A stretch of DNA of 64,000 nt from Eledone cirrhosa (lineage: Eukaryota). Below the pieces are notes generated by a model that saw nothing but the letters and a program-made list of their open reading frames with translations, made no database searches and was not told the origin of the DNA. Where the stretch lies: positions 63,240,001 through 63,304,000 of the forward strand of contig OZ024745.1 in NCBI GenBank assembly GCA_964016885.1, read 5' to 3'. The stretch's first letter is position 1, and each line of letters begins with the position of its first letter. This document shows, piece after piece, positions 42,375 to 56,682 of this stretch. A program made the translations under genes and the position numbers.

Positions 42375-42573
42375 GGGGTATGTATGCGAAAACTTATACA
42401 ACGAGAAATATAAAAACATATAAAATACCTATTAAATAAGCATAACACATATATACGGTAGAATAACAAATTTAAATAATGAAATTATCAAGTATCGTTA
42501 TTATAACAAACATTTCGAAATGCGTCTATAATTGATTGATTACACACACACACACACATACACACACACACTT

Positions 42574-42607
<34 letters not shown>

Positions 42608-42702
42608 GTATATATATATAAGTGCATATTTATATATATATTTATGCATATGTATATATATATATATATATATATAAATGCATATTTATATATATATTTA
42701 TA

Positions 42703-42743
<41 letters not shown>

Positions 42744-42749
42744 GTATAT

Positions 42750-42780
<31 letters not shown>

Positions 42781-42781
42781 C

Positions 42782-42855
<74 letters not shown>

Positions 42856-43165
42856 GCACACGTAACCTCTCCCCCATATATATATATACATGTGTTTGTG
42901 TGTCTGTGTGTGTATATACAATCAATTATATAAGGATTTTGAAATATTTATATTATATATACCTACTTTATATATTATATGAAATTTATGCTATCAATAC
43001 TTAATAAATCTATCCAAACAAGTTAATTGCTATTTTAATAAGCGCAATGCAATATGACCGTGAAAGAAAGAAAAAACATTGAAGCATTAAATATAAATAT
43101 TTAAATGTTACTAATCTATAATTAGTACTTGCCTTATCTACTTCTGCATCCGTTAGAAGTCATGT

Positions 43166-43229
<64 letters not shown>

Positions 43230-43234
<5 letters not shown>

Positions 43235-43389
43235 AAAAAGTATGACCCCGACGGCAGAGCTCAAGCCGTTTCGAAACGGCTTGAGCTCTGCCGTCGGGGT
43301 CATACTTTTTCCTATTTCCCACTCTACTACTCTAAGTATTGAGTACTCTGGTGCGTTATGGTCCATCTGGTTCCTTAGCACATTTCTTT

Positions 43390-43392
<3 letters not shown>
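43230..43392. repeat. Perfect 86-bp palindrome (43230-43315) plus tail, between (TA)n tracts
   Basis: Spacerless palindrome centred on ttc|gaa at 43272/43273; family copies at 3948, 44320 and 60785. Confidence 0.93.
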
Positions 43393-43443
<51 letters not shown>

Positions 43444-43962
43444 ATATACATATATATATGTGTGTTTGTGTGTGTTTTGAATTAAATTACATATGATCAC
43501 AAAACCTTCTACACTTGTATTTCTTCATTGATCAGTAATTGCTTATATTCTTACTTTTTTTATATTTTTATAACACTTTAAACTGTTTACATTTTTCTCT
43601 GTTTTATGTGTACTTAAACATGTCTTTAAACAGCATCATATTGATATCTACATAAATATCTTAGACAGGAATATTTGAACAAATATATTATTAATGCTCA
43701 TTCATTTTCTAATATTCGCATTTAATTAGTGCCTTGTCATAGATTGAAGCAAAACAATATGTTATTTAAATTACTTTTGTAGAACTTCAAGTGATGAAAT
43801 ACAAGTCCGTATCCTCATGCGCATATTGCAGACTTCTCGTATGTGAACGAAGAAAGATGGTCATCGGGACACAAGGGAGTCGAATCCATACTTCTTGATT
43901 GCCGGACAAATGGGCTATTATTCCTTTCAGTGGCTTTATACGCCCCAATATTATTATATTTT

Positions 43963-44139
43963 TGGCAGTATCGGTAGAGAGTCGGACACCATGCTTTGAA
44001 GCATAGAGTTACGTCCCTTTATGATCTGAGTTCAAATCCCGCCGAGGTTAACTTTGCCTTTCATCCTTACGGGGTCGATGAAAATACAGTACCAGTAATG
44101 TACTTGGTAATTGCTGGCCTTGTGCCTAAAATACAAACA
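43963..44139 (+). mobile_element. tRNA-type SINE with a 13-bp TSD
   Basis: TSD attattatatttt at 43950-43962 and 44140-44152. Confidence 0.88.
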
Positions 44140-44207
44140 ATTATTATATTTTCTTATTTAGTCAAAATAATGGCGAAGGCTTCTAATTCAATTTTCACAC
44201 ATACACA

Positions 44208-44309
<102 letters not shown>

Positions 44310-44319
44310 TGTATATATA

Positions 44320-44378
44320 TATAGGAAAATATATGACCCCGGCGGCAGACCTCAAGCCGTTTCGACGGCTATTTCTAG
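44320..44378 (-). mobile_element. Fragment of the 43230 repeat family
   Basis: ataggaaaat..gaccccggcggcagacctcaagccgtttcgacggctatttctag after (TA)n. Confidence 0.75.
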
Positions 44379-46652
44379 TTAAATATTTATGTAATCCCTT
44401 TCAAACTTTTAGTTTGACAAATGCCATTCATTTTATTTTCGGGAAAGGGAGAAAGACTATTCTGAAATTCCATACACTTAACAAAATTATTAACTAGGAA
44501 ACAACTCCGTAAATCGAACAATATATGGTAAAATTAATATTTGCGAAAGGATTTTCATAGTGTTTCCTATAAACATACAATCGGAAATATATTGTTCATA
44601 ATATCAATTTGATTATAACACTATGATACGACCCAACATAAATCTTCTGAACAAAAAGTATGTTACATTTAAGAATAACATCATAGAAAGCAAATACTAT
44701 ATATGTTAATGTGATACATGAATTTATAATTTAATAGTAATTTCATTTCATGCAACATCCGTCTCCTTTCTTTTGAAACATGCATTATGTTCATATTTAT
44801 TTAAAAGGATTGCTTTACAGTACAGATGTCTCAAGCATTATCCTTGATAGTGAACCTACGGCTCTTAACATGTCGATAATATTGGCTGTTTTATCGATTT
44901 GACAATATCGAACAGTTGTGTTCTGCCAATTATAGGTTTGCTAAGAAGCTATATCCTTAATTGTATCGTTCATTGCAGATATGAAACGACTAAATATTTA
45001 ATTAATTACTGTTACGTTGCATTACATCTTTGAGCTGCGATTATTTCATGCATATAACGTAGAATGGTGAACTTTCATAGTCAATAAAGCTAATCATATA
45101 TTGATAGATACATCTTATTAGGAATATACTGCACACCATTTGTCATGCTAAGCGAATATTTGTCAATTGCCTAATTTAGCCAATTGATAAACGTAAAACT
45201 ATCAAAGTTATCGTTAGATCTGCGGGAAATTATAATAGTGAGAATTTCAGTATTCGTCCACGCTTTCATATTTAAAATTCATTGTGTGAATTATAGCAAT
45301 CCTTTGACTTAATTGCTTGTAATATCGTGAAATAAAGCCTTGCCATCATTGTCTTTTAGCTGATGTAATGCTGTTTTCGTTTGTTTCATGTCATGTTATT
45401 TCAAATTCAAAATTCGATTATACTCGGGGGATTACCCTTCATTGAACGCATTCGTTCACGATATTAGAAAATCCACATTAATAAATTTTTCGATTATTTT
45501 GTATTGAAATAAATTCATTACTGACTGATGTAAATACAATACCAACTCTGTAAAAAATATGCAGAATCGAAACATCGACATAACACTTCACACTCAACGC
45601 AACATCTGCAGGCACACATGTATGGGGAAAAATTGTTAATTTGATATTCATTCATATTTGTAAAGTGTAACTTCATAACATGACACAACGATAAATATTT
45701 GGCCATATTAGAATATTTTGTGAAACGTAAATACCAACGGTAATATTCGAATACATATAACATTTCGAAGTTTATGAATATTTCAGGAATGGAGAACAGT
45801 CGATAAAGAACAATGTTTTCTAGGCTACATTGGGAGGGCAGCAGAATTTGCATTCGATAAAGACGGAATAAACAGCAGAATGGCTAAGTGATTAATTCAG
45901 TATCACAATTGTTGAAACTCTGAGAATCCTGTATACACCATATATATAATTTTATATACTTCCTAAGACGAACATTTACATAATATAATATAGTTCACTA
46001 ACAATGTCAATGTTTTAAAAATTACTTCCCTGCACTGACTTTCTTCATCATAGTTGCTCTTCATACATAATTCACAAATAATTTTGCAATTTATTTTGAT
46101 TTACTATTAATAATATCTGCTCTTCCCTATGAACATAAACATATTATGTATGCAGGCGTCTCTTTCAATAAAATCACCATTTGACTATCAATTCTAATGT
46201 AGCCCTCCAGTATAACTATAATCGTATAGCATAAAAGATATAAAGTTGAAACGTTAAGAACCTTCTAGAATCGTATACACTTATATTATGTAATTCGTGA
46301 TAATATATTTTAGATCCATCATTGCATATTTGTTCACGCGTAATATATAACTATAATATTTGCACGCCATAGTAATTTTAATGTTTATATAGAGAATAAT
46401 AGAAAACATTGTAATTCAGTATTTACCTAGTATAAATCTTAGTATAACGAATATATGTGTAGAGCATGCGGTTTACTAAAGAAAACTTCAATAGACTTAT
46501 TTGTAAATGTTGACTATTTGGTGTTATAATGTTTACAACGAAAACCTTAGTCTTCATTGAAACGGATTTTTGATATGACGGTTTTGAAACAAGAAGTAAA
46601 CAGTATTGTGTTAACGAAAACATTTAAGAACAACAGAACAAAGTCACGAATA

Positions 46653-46700
<48 letters not shown>

Positions 46701-46743
46701 TATATAGAGAGATATGTAGATATAGATATATACATATATATAA

Positions 46744-46825
<82 letters not shown>

Positions 46826-46865
46826 TATATAGATATATCTCTCTCTCTCTCTTTCTCTCTCTCTA

Positions 46866-46903
<38 letters not shown>

Positions 46904-46957
46904 AGTATGTATATATATATGTATGTATATATGTATGTATGCATGTATGAATGTATG

Positions 46958-47090
<133 letters not shown>

Positions 47091-48014
47091 AGAGAGAACG
47101 AGTTTCTTTCATTTTGTGACAATAAACTGAAATATTGTTGAAAGTTTGTTGACGATTAATTTTGTTGTTATTTGTAAGCAAAGAAAATGTATATTATAGA
47201 GTTATGTTTTTAACGTTTTCATAGATAGAAGTATTACAAATTTAAGTTGTTATGACTTCCAAAGAAATTATATATTTTTTTTTTTACTTCTTACATGGAA
47301 CGTGACATATTTTATGGAAGAAGTCAAGATAGTTTAAGAAAACAATATTATCGCTTACTTCAAAATTAGCAAGGAATAACAATCACGTTTTCATTATGTC
47401 TCATTTCTATAAATTCCTAAAGGAAATGTATTTGGGAATTTTATCTCCTAGTTATTCGTTTATTTTTGTGATATACAGAGTAAGCATATTTCACACGCAC
47501 ACACGCATACAAGCACACGCGCATATATAAATATATATATATATAAATTACACAATAATCAAATCTATGTTCAAATGATTTTATTGCTGACAATCGTTTC
47601 TTCCAAACTTTCGTTTGGATCATCGGAGCACTAGCAATCTTTGTACATATAATTAACCTCCTATTCAACTGAACAATGATATAGCTACATGGATATTAAT
47701 GTTGTCAACGACAGTTTCGTATTTTCAGAGTGAAATGGATGCGACATAGATTACAAGAGAATTGTACAGTAATTAAAATTAAAAATTAACAATTAAAAAG
47801 GCACCGAGTGGAATGCATGCGACATAGATTATAAGGGAATAGTATAATAATTAAAGAGGCATTAAGGTAGAAAGTTACTCGTAAAACGAGGACACTAGCA
47901 GTATATATGCAAGCATATAGAGAGTGCAAATGCGTTAGGCATATACAGGAAGGAAACAAGCAATGGTACTAGTCATATATAATTACTGCATGGCAAATGT
48001 ATCGCATAAAATAA

Positions 48015-48188
48015 TTGTTTCTACTTTAAGCACAAGGCCAGCAATTTCCAAGTGGTACTTTATTTTATTGACCCCGTAAGGATGAAAAGCAAAGTCAACC
48101 TCGGCGGGATTTGAACTCAGATCGTAAAGGGACGTAACTATGCTGGAAAGCATGGCGTCCGACCCTCTACCGATACTGCCAATCCACT
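48015..48188 (-). mobile_element. tRNA-type SINE
   Basis: Near full-length; TSD taaaataat. Confidence 0.88.
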
Positions 48189-48604
48189 AAAATAATATAA
48201 GTTTACAAGCATATCAAGCAGGCAAAGGTGTTTGTGTATTAAAATTATGAGTTTATGGTAGATGTAGTGTAATGATTGTTTCTGTAATGTTCAAATGTGT
48301 ATGTGTTGAGAGTATCAATGTTATTGCTATCTTTTCCATTAGTTATACTTTTATTTTAGTGAATGTTTTTAATTAGATACAGCTATGGATTGTATATTGG
48401 TCCTATTATATTGTTATCCGGAGTTTGAATTGTTGTGGAGTGATTCTTCTAACGGTTTAATTACCGGATGTCATATTTATATTCCTGCTCTATAAAACAT
48501 CTATTGTATTTACATTGAGCTATTTTTCTTACTGGTAATAAGGTAGTAATGAATTACTGACCTTTCCTGTTTATAGTTGTATATAGTGTATACATAACCA
48601 TAAA

Positions 48605-48637
<33 letters not shown>

Positions 48638-48638
<1 letters not shown>

Positions 48639-49950
48639 GGCGACCTACGTAGTAAATCGTATCATCGTGAGCTCCGCAAAGGTTTGTTATTTCCGTTTGT
48701 TAAAAATTGCCATTTATGGAAAATTTTTATTGTTAACTATATATAAGCGCACATACATTGTTTTCCGAAAAGGACACCCAAAAAGATTGGGGCCTTGTGC
48801 CCAAAATTTAAACTTTTATGATTATCAAAAAATTTCTTTGAAAAAAAAATGTCTAATTCACCACTGCACCAAGCAGCTGAAAGCCTTTCTCACAAATTAA
48901 CACCTCACACCGACACCACCATTGTAAATGATTATACGTCTTCCAACACAAACAATTTAAGCACTAGCAATATTTTTAATTTGTCTCAGGCAGACATTCA
49001 TTTCCCGCCATTACCAATGACTGCAGGTGTTAAAGCCGCCACCACCACCGCGACAACCCCCACCCCAACACCACCGCGACAACAGAAACAAAAGGAAAAA
49101 ATAAATCAAATCGTGATGTCGAAATATTTTCAACCAAAATGGACTCTCCCAAACCGACTTTCACTGACGTCACCACCACCACAACTGAAACTAAAATTAA
49201 TAATAACAAAAATAACGATAGCAACAACAACAACAATGACATTAAAAAAACCACCCTGAGTTTTGCCAGAGTAGCAAAACAGTTCGAAGCATTTACGGTA
49301 ACTCAGGAGGATTTAGAAAATGCCAAACAAATGGTAAAGAAAGATGGGTACAGGGTCAGCCTCACCCACCCCCACCTAATAAAATGGATCATCGGCGCCT
49401 ATGCACCGTGTCGTATCGAACAATAAATGTAAAATCGCGCCGAGTGGAACGGGCATCCGAGTCCCAAATCCAAAAAGCTTTGGGACATGTGTGGGCAAGA
49501 AAAACCCACATCAGACGAGGGCAGAAGTATGGAACCGTGGACGTGTTCTTTGAAACACCAGAGGAGGCTAGAGAACACCCCATGGCCCCATTGAGAAGTG
49601 ACGACTTCACACTCGTCCCAAGCTATTGTGGCCAGAGACTCGTAAAGATCAGGGTGACCCACGTTCCACCGGCCATCGAAATTCCCTGGCTAATAGCGGC
49701 CGTCCTCGCCGGCATCGAAGCCAACACAAAGATAATAGCAATAGCAAAAGAAAAGCAGGAGAACTGGTTCGGATCTGGGATGGAGCTCCTGATCCAAGCG
49801 GACGAAAAAAGCATTGAGGAGATCCCAGAGGTAATAGACCTCACTGACGGCAGCCACCTCACCGTAATTGTCGAGGGCAGAAGGCCTAGGTGTGTCGTTT
49901 GTGGTGAAGGAACCCACCTAAGGGCTTTCTGCCCTCATGCTGACAGGAAT
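48638..49950 (+). mobile_element. Tx1 LINE copy D: 5' UTR plus ORF1 to the zinc knuckle; 3' part missing
   Basis: Starts right after (TTA)n. IQKALGHVWARKTHIRRGQKYGTVDVFF...CVVCGEGTHLRAFC; frameshifted. Confidence 0.88.
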
Positions 49951-50004
49951 GCTGTCAGCATGGCTTGGCAAGATATTTAGAACGCTGGTTTGAGACCTTT
50001 ATTT

Positions 50005-50041
50005 CCCTCTGAAGAAGAGATATTATCTCGAAAATTAAGGA
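50005..50041 (+). ncRNA. Minimal type I hammerhead ribozyme
   Basis: cct-CTGAAGA-a-gagat att atctc-GAAA-at-TA-agg. Confidence 0.62.
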
Positions 50042-50115
50042 CATTTAAATAAATCTAAGGTAAAAGACGAATTATCAACAATATCTTTTGCAATTGCATT
50101 CCTTTTATATACATA

Positions 50116-50870
50116 TATAAAGAATTAGTATATCTACCAACATATATATATATATACAGATGCATACCTATGCTAGCAAATATATAGGTTTTGTCTTAGT
50201 AACTTTGTGGTTCAATGATGACGAAACGGCTTCTCCATGCTTTCCATTTGGAAACCATGTTTATTCCCTTTCAGAAACTAATTAGTTGGAGTGAAATTTT
50301 AGTAAATTAAGTTAATTTTAATATTTTTTTTATTTTACGTCATTCATATAATTGTTTTGCATCCCTTGCATTGAACCACAAAGTTACTAAGACAAAACCT
50401 ATATATTTGCTAGAATAGGTATGCATCTTTACATATATGTTGGTAGATATACTAATTCTTTATAATTATCTCCAAATTATTTTGTTGAGCAAAAAATTGC
50501 CAAAACTGCTACTATAGTTCATAGTAATGGCTTGGCTACTGTCTTTTTAACACCCCACTCCTCACTGATTAACCTCGATGTCACGTGATTGATTCTTTTG
50601 AATTTGCCACCGACCAAGTAGGCAGTGATTTTTTCAATGTCTTGGAATTTAGTCCACGCTTGCTTTTTTGCATCCACTGAATTATTTTTGTATAAGTTCC
50701 CTGTGTCCACGCATCGCTAGGTATCTTAGCTGAGAACAGACTTCCTGATGACGAAACGGCTTCTCCATGCTTTCCATTTAGAAACCATGTTTATTTCCTT
50801 TCAGAAACTAATTAGTTGGAGTTAAATTTTAGTAAGTTAATTTTTATAATTTTCTTATTTTACGTCATTC

Positions 50871-50872
<2 letters not shown>
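50116..50872. repeat. Fold-back (50116-50217 and 50369-50464) whose spacer is directly repeated at 50746-50872
   Basis: Inverted and direct repeats read directly from the sequence. Confidence 0.85.
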
Positions 50873-50902
<30 letters not shown>

Positions 50903-50927
50903 TTGTGTGTGTATGTGTGTGTATGTA

Positions 50928-50997
<70 letters not shown>

Positions 50998-51032
50998 TGT
51001 GTGTGTGTGTGTGTGCGTGCGTGTGTGCGCGC

Positions 51033-51122
<90 letters not shown>

Positions 51123-51290
51123 GTGTCTGTGTGTAGATATGATCGCTGATGGCAATAAAACGTTCAGAAACCCCCGTAACCAATCTGCTGACTTGCACAC
51201 ACACACACCTGTTAAACCAAACCCTGACTCGCATTCTCAAATTCCGCAAACCAAACGCGGGTTATGCCAGACACCAAATGAGAGAGGTAG

Positions 51291-51325
<35 letters not shown>

Positions 51326-51588
51326 TTCATGTATTGGCCACAAGGGCCGACATATAGGAGACAATACAAAAGACTGGGACAGTGGGGTTTTACAGAAAAA
51401 TCGAGTAAACAGTATGAATAACAATAACAAAGTAACAATAAAGTAACAATAACATTATAACAAGAAAAAATTCCCCAATAGGGGGGATGACCACCCAGGG
51501 TTCGCTCAGGTACCCCACCAGTCCTGAACGACCCGACGCTTCGAGAGAACCCTGGAAGGGCACCCCTCTCCTCCTCAAATTTACCTAC

Positions 51589-54531
51589 CTACAGCTGCAT
51601 GACCAGAGTAGGCCCACTCACACGGACTATTCTCGCCACATTCACCCACCCACCTTTCAGCAAATGTACTGGGGGGGGGGGCAGCACTTCTCTCTCCACC
51701 CTCACCTTCCTTTCCAAGTGAAACTTGAAAAAGTTGATGAGGGATTGACCGAAGAAAAAAGTTTCTGTCTTCTGTCCTTTCAACCTCGTCCACCATACAA
51801 CCTCTTTCGCTACTGCCACCAGATGCCAGTCACCCAGTCTCGGTCTCTTCTTGACCCAGGACTGCAGCTCAGTCAAAGAAACGAGCTGCGGAAAGGCCCG
51901 TCTGACAAACGGCGACCACATCTGTTCACCGTTTAGGCAGAATATCTGGAGATGCCGCAGCCTCAGCGCGTGCCTGCGCATCATTAGCCACGGCATGCCA
52001 AGCCCTCCATGTAGAGGGTGCTGGCAGCAGATGGACCGCCTCACCAGCGGAACCTGACCCCTCCACAAGAATTTGAAGAGGAGCCGCTCCAAGATGGCGA
52101 GGCGCGAACGGGGGCAAGGGACGACAGTCAGACGGTAGTAGATAACGGACGCGATGTACGCGTTCGCCACCTCCGCCCGACCTTTCAGTGATAGCTTCAT
52201 CCCAGCCCATTTCTAGGTGAAACTGGCTACCCTGCCCGTCACATCGTCACAATTCTTATCCACCTGGAGGTCTGGCCCGAACCAAACCCCTAGCAACTTT
52301 ACCGGTCCGTCTGTCCAGCGCCTAACGACGCTGTTGGACGGCTTGGACTTGCCTCTCCAGGTGCCGAGTTGCAAGCCCACCGACTTTTCCGGGTTAAGTT
52401 TTGCTCCTGTCAACCTTTCATATTCCTCCAATAAGTTGCCGACCACCTCGATTTCTGAGGTGTCCGACACCATCACGGTGATGTCGTCCGCATAAGCCGA
52501 TACAGCCTTTCCGCGTCCCGGTTCGAACGGGATGCACTGCAACAGCTGCATCTTCCGCAGTAAAGGCTCGAGAGTCAATACGTGCAGAAGGGAGGAGAGA
52601 GGGCACCCTTGACGGACCGATCGTGAGACCTGAAACGGTTCCGAGAGGTGGCCATTAATTTTGACCATCGAGTAGGTGCCGATGTGCATTGCTGCGATCC
52701 AGCTTCTTAAGAGGGGGCCGACGCCAGCCGCCTTGAGGACAGCCTCCAGGTATCGATGGTCGACCCTATCGAATGCTTTCGATTGATCTAAATTGATCAG
52801 AACCCCATCGAAGCCAGGTTTACCCCCAACCCTCTTTATGATGTATCGCATTAGGTGGAAGTTGTCGTGTATGGACCTGGTTGGGATTGCGCAAGTTTGC
52901 CCCTCCCCAACCAAATCCCCGACGACAAGCGCCAATCTCTTCGCTAACACCCTGGCCAAAATCTTAAACTCTGTGTTGAGCAGAGTTATGGGCCTGAAAT
53001 TGTCTAATGTGTCCCTCTTGTTCTCATCTTTCCTTATCAGCGTCACTACGCCCCGGCTCACAGAACTGGGAATACTCGCGTTTTGCTGACAGTTGCAGTA
53101 GAGGGCTTCGAGGAGATTGGAGAACAAGTCTGGCATATTTACGTAAAGCTCGTAGGGCAGACAATCCAAACCGGGTGACTTGCGCCTCATGCAGTCGACA
53201 AGGGAACCTGAATCTCGGCTGAAGTAATTGGCCTTTCGCAGCGCCCAGCGTCAGCCGTCGAGAGTTGCGGCAAGCCTTCGAGGTAGGGACTGAAGTCCGC
53301 CACCATCTTTTACCCGCCACTTCCCCCAAACAACCGAGCAAAATGTTGGCGAAAGGCCTCACACATCCGCTTGGAATCGCTCAGCTCGTGTCCGTCTCGG
53401 TCCTTCAAAGACCGAATCGTGGTTTTATTACCACGCTGCACCTCTGCCACGCGGGTCCATCGAACAGCTTTGGTTCCCTCGTTTCTCAGAGCACGCGCCT
53501 TAGCTCTGACAATGCAACCTTCGTGTTTGGCATTGAAGAAATGGTCTAATGCCATTCTCGCCGCTAGCACGCCAGTTGCAATGCCACTACCAATAGCCTC
53601 GTCTAACTTATCTCCCAACTCCCCCTCCTTTCTATTTTCTCTAACGCTACTTCTTTGCTAAACTCTATCGACCTTACTCTAATCTCTCTTTTGAGAGACC
53701 TCCCCACCTCCATCTATTGTTGACGACTCCCCCTGTCAACTTTTTCTTAACTAAATTGTTGACCTGGTCCCTGTAAGCCTCACGTGCTGGAAATGACATG
53801 TTTAGCTTCCAGTAACCAGGTCCTAACCTACGCATCTTATCTAGGTCGACCATACAGATCACAAACTTGTGATCTGAGTAGGCGACGGTTTCAAAACGTG
53901 GACTGCTTACAGTATTTCTGTCTATTTTCCTAATGAATATCCTGTCTATATACGATCTAGATGACCCTATGCGGTTAGCCCATGTCCACACTGGCGCATT
54001 AGGGAAATCTAGTTGGAACTGGCTGATCAGGTTCTTGAGGCTTTTGTACCCCCCGCTCCTATCGGATACTCCCACACAGTTCCAGCGTACGTCTAAGATG
54101 CCGTTCCAGTCACCTGCTAACAGTAAAGGGCGAGACGTGCCCAGAAAGACTTCCAGGCGTCTAAAGAAGTCCGGCCGTCCTGCCCCAGTAGAAACATAGA
54201 CGGCCACCAGTTCAATGGCACCATCTTCGTTATTGTTCACGTCCAGGACCACCAACTTCCCGTCCGTGTCCCGGAAGATCGACCTTACCTCGAGATCCTG
54301 GCCTTTCCTAAACAGCACTACCACCCCGCCTCCCATTCCCGGCCGGCTAACAGATGCAAAGATCTGATAGTCGTCGAAAATGGGGGCTAGTGCGCGCGTG
54401 TCAGAAATTATGGTCTCGCTGACGGCATTTACATCCATTTCTAGAGTCCTGAGGTCATTGAGCAGGTGACCCTGCTTCCATGACGATCCCAGGCCTCGAA
54501 CATTTGACCATCCTACTCTTAATACGGCCAT
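51589..54531 (-). pseudogene. Tx1 ORF2 with frameshifts, a stop and a deletion of the CCHC region
   Basis: ORF pieces 53674-54531, 53310-53618, 52213-53190 (YADD) and 51589-52200 align with the intact ORF2 of copy B. LGDWH is joined directly to VAVAKEVV. Confidence 0.93.
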
Positions 54532-54563
54532 GTTGGCAGGTTAAAAAGAGAGAGAGGAAAGGT

Positions 54564-56527
54564 TTACTTACCTTCCGGGCTCTTGTGAAGGTCGGGTTGT
54601 TCGACATCCATAGTTGGTGGGGTTTCTTTTGGGAATCCCTTTAAAAGTCTTGAAGTTAGTTTTACGTTCGGGGTTCCCACGTCCCGAGGAAAGCTGTCTC
54701 GTATTTCTTTGTATAATTCAATCGACATTCGCACCAGAACCAAATCTTCCGGCACGCGAAATGTGCTCGATTTAAAGATTTTCCCCTCTTTTTGTATATT
54801 TTCACTTCGTGCTACGAGGGCCATCAGTTCCTTGTTGGCCCTCCTGACGAGTACGAAGTTTTGTAAGTTTTGTTGGTGTAATTTTATTTTTTTGCGTGGC
54901 TGTGGTGGTGATGGTTTTGGTGGTATTGTTTAGGTTGTGTCTGTGTTTGTTGTGAGTGCGGTGTCTGTGGTTTCAGATGTTTGTGTGTATATTTGTTCTT
55001 GCGTCTATTTAGGCTGTTTGCATTTGGGGGATTCTGGTGATGGTAATGGTGGTGTTGATGTTGGTGTTATTGGAGAGATGTTTGCATGGGTGGTGTCTGC
55101 GTTTTTTTATTGTGGGTGATTTTGTGCTTTGTTGTGTGTTTTTTTTCTTTTTGTGTTTCCTTTTTTGTATTTTGGAGGATTTTGGTTTTCCCTCATCTTC
55201 ACTACTAGTAGATGAGGGGTCTGTGTCTGTAAGTGTGTCTGTATGTATGTTTCTGGTTTTATTGGTGTGTGTATTTTTTTGGGGGGGGAGGGGGAATTTC
55301 ACATCTTTCCTCGTTTCCCCCCTGGGTGGTCAATGTTGGTGGTGGTCTTTCTATTGGTGTTGTTGTTGGTGGTTCTGCCGGTGCTGATGTTGGTTGTGGT
55401 CCACGCCCCGGCGTCGGCAGCAGTGGAGCCTTTCGACCCCAGCAGTTGAGGGCAGAAGGCTCGCAAATGGGTGTTTCCCCCACAAACAAAACACTGCAGC
55501 CTTTTGCTTTCGGTCATAATGTGAATGACCGTCCCATTCTGAAGGCGGATGTGGTCCGGGATTGTCTTCACATTCTCGGGCCTGATCTGGAGAAGGATCT
55601 CCTGGTCAACCCCGGACCAGTCCTCTCTGGCCGTTCTGGTCACTTCTATAGGGACGGTATCCGTCCCCTCCACAATCACACATCCCAGAAGCCACCGCAT
55701 GTCAAGTCCTGGTGGGATTCTGGGAATGCGGAGACGGGCCGTCCTTTTTCCCATGTGGGAGGGGTACATTATGACCTTGCTGGTTTTTAAAGGAGTCATA
55801 GCGTGTTTCATAGCGAGGGCTTCTGACTTGAACAACACCGAAATGGTGCCGTACTGTCTGCCCCTCACTATGTATTCGGTGTCTTCTCTGATGCACCTCA
55901 GCGCGACTTCGACATCTTCTTCTGGGATTAAAGCTGCCCTTTTGGTTTGTGCTGAGATGCATCTATAATGCACCATTCTGCGCTCCACTGCCTCAATAGC
56001 TTCTACCGGGACAGTTAAGTTGGCCCAGGTTTGCTCTTGCTTGATGAGCTTCCATGCCTGGGCCAACTTTTCATTTTTGTTTGAGAGGTCCATGTTGAAG
56101 CATGGCCTCTTTTTTGCTGCTGCCGCAGCGAAAGTGTTCTTCTTGTTTTCGTTGGGGGTGTTGTTGTCGTTGTCGTTGTTCTTGTTGGTGTTGTTGTTAC
56201 CACTGTCGCTGTTATCATTGTTGTCTTTGTTTCCACCGTTGTTCTCGGTGCAGTTGGTATTGTTGCTGTTGGTGTTGTCGCTATTTGTTTTCATGTTAGT
56301 GGTGTTGATATTGTTGTTGCATTATTTTTTTTTTTGTTATCTCTATTTTCGTTGTCGCTGTTACTGTCATTGTTTTCAAAATTAGAGTTCTCATTGGTAT
56401 CATTGCTGTGTTTGTTTACATTGTTTGTGGTGGCGTTTGTGTTATCAATTTGTGTTAATTTCGCTGTAGCGCTCCTCTCAACTTCTACGTCGTTGTCGCA
56501 TATCGCTGGGGGGCGTGGCTCAGCCAT
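54564..56527 (-). pseudogene. Tx1 ORF1, frameshifted
   Basis: Asn/Thr-rich N-terminus, IVRGRQYGTISVLF (RRM-like), CFVCGGNTHLRAFC knuckle, SSTSSEDE/KRK motif. Confidence 0.85.
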
Positions 56528-56682
56528 GTTTTTTTTTTCTCCGTAAATTTTTTAACATGTAAAAAAAGTTCAAATATTTGGGCCAAAAGGCCCAAATATT
56601 ATACTTTCTCCTTCACAGGGCAAAATCTAAAGGCTTATATCCCTTACACAACAAGAAATATTTAACAACAAATAATAATATA

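Larger units (their letters stand above)
51325..56670 (-). mobile_element. Tx1 LINE copy C, near full length, decayed, inserted in (TAA)n
   Basis: ORF1 ~56527-54564, ORF2 54531-51589 and 3' UTR; TAA repeats at both ends. Confidence 0.95.

Noticed and set aside
43860-43920. tRNA gene (B-box-like ggattcgactccc on the minus strand)
   Set aside because: No cloverleaf; at most an old SINE head.
48638-48700. HDV-like ribozyme or splice donor at Tx1 5' ends
   Set aside because: A short motif is shared with copy A (gctc..aaggt), but I could not build the pseudoknot and copy C lacks it.
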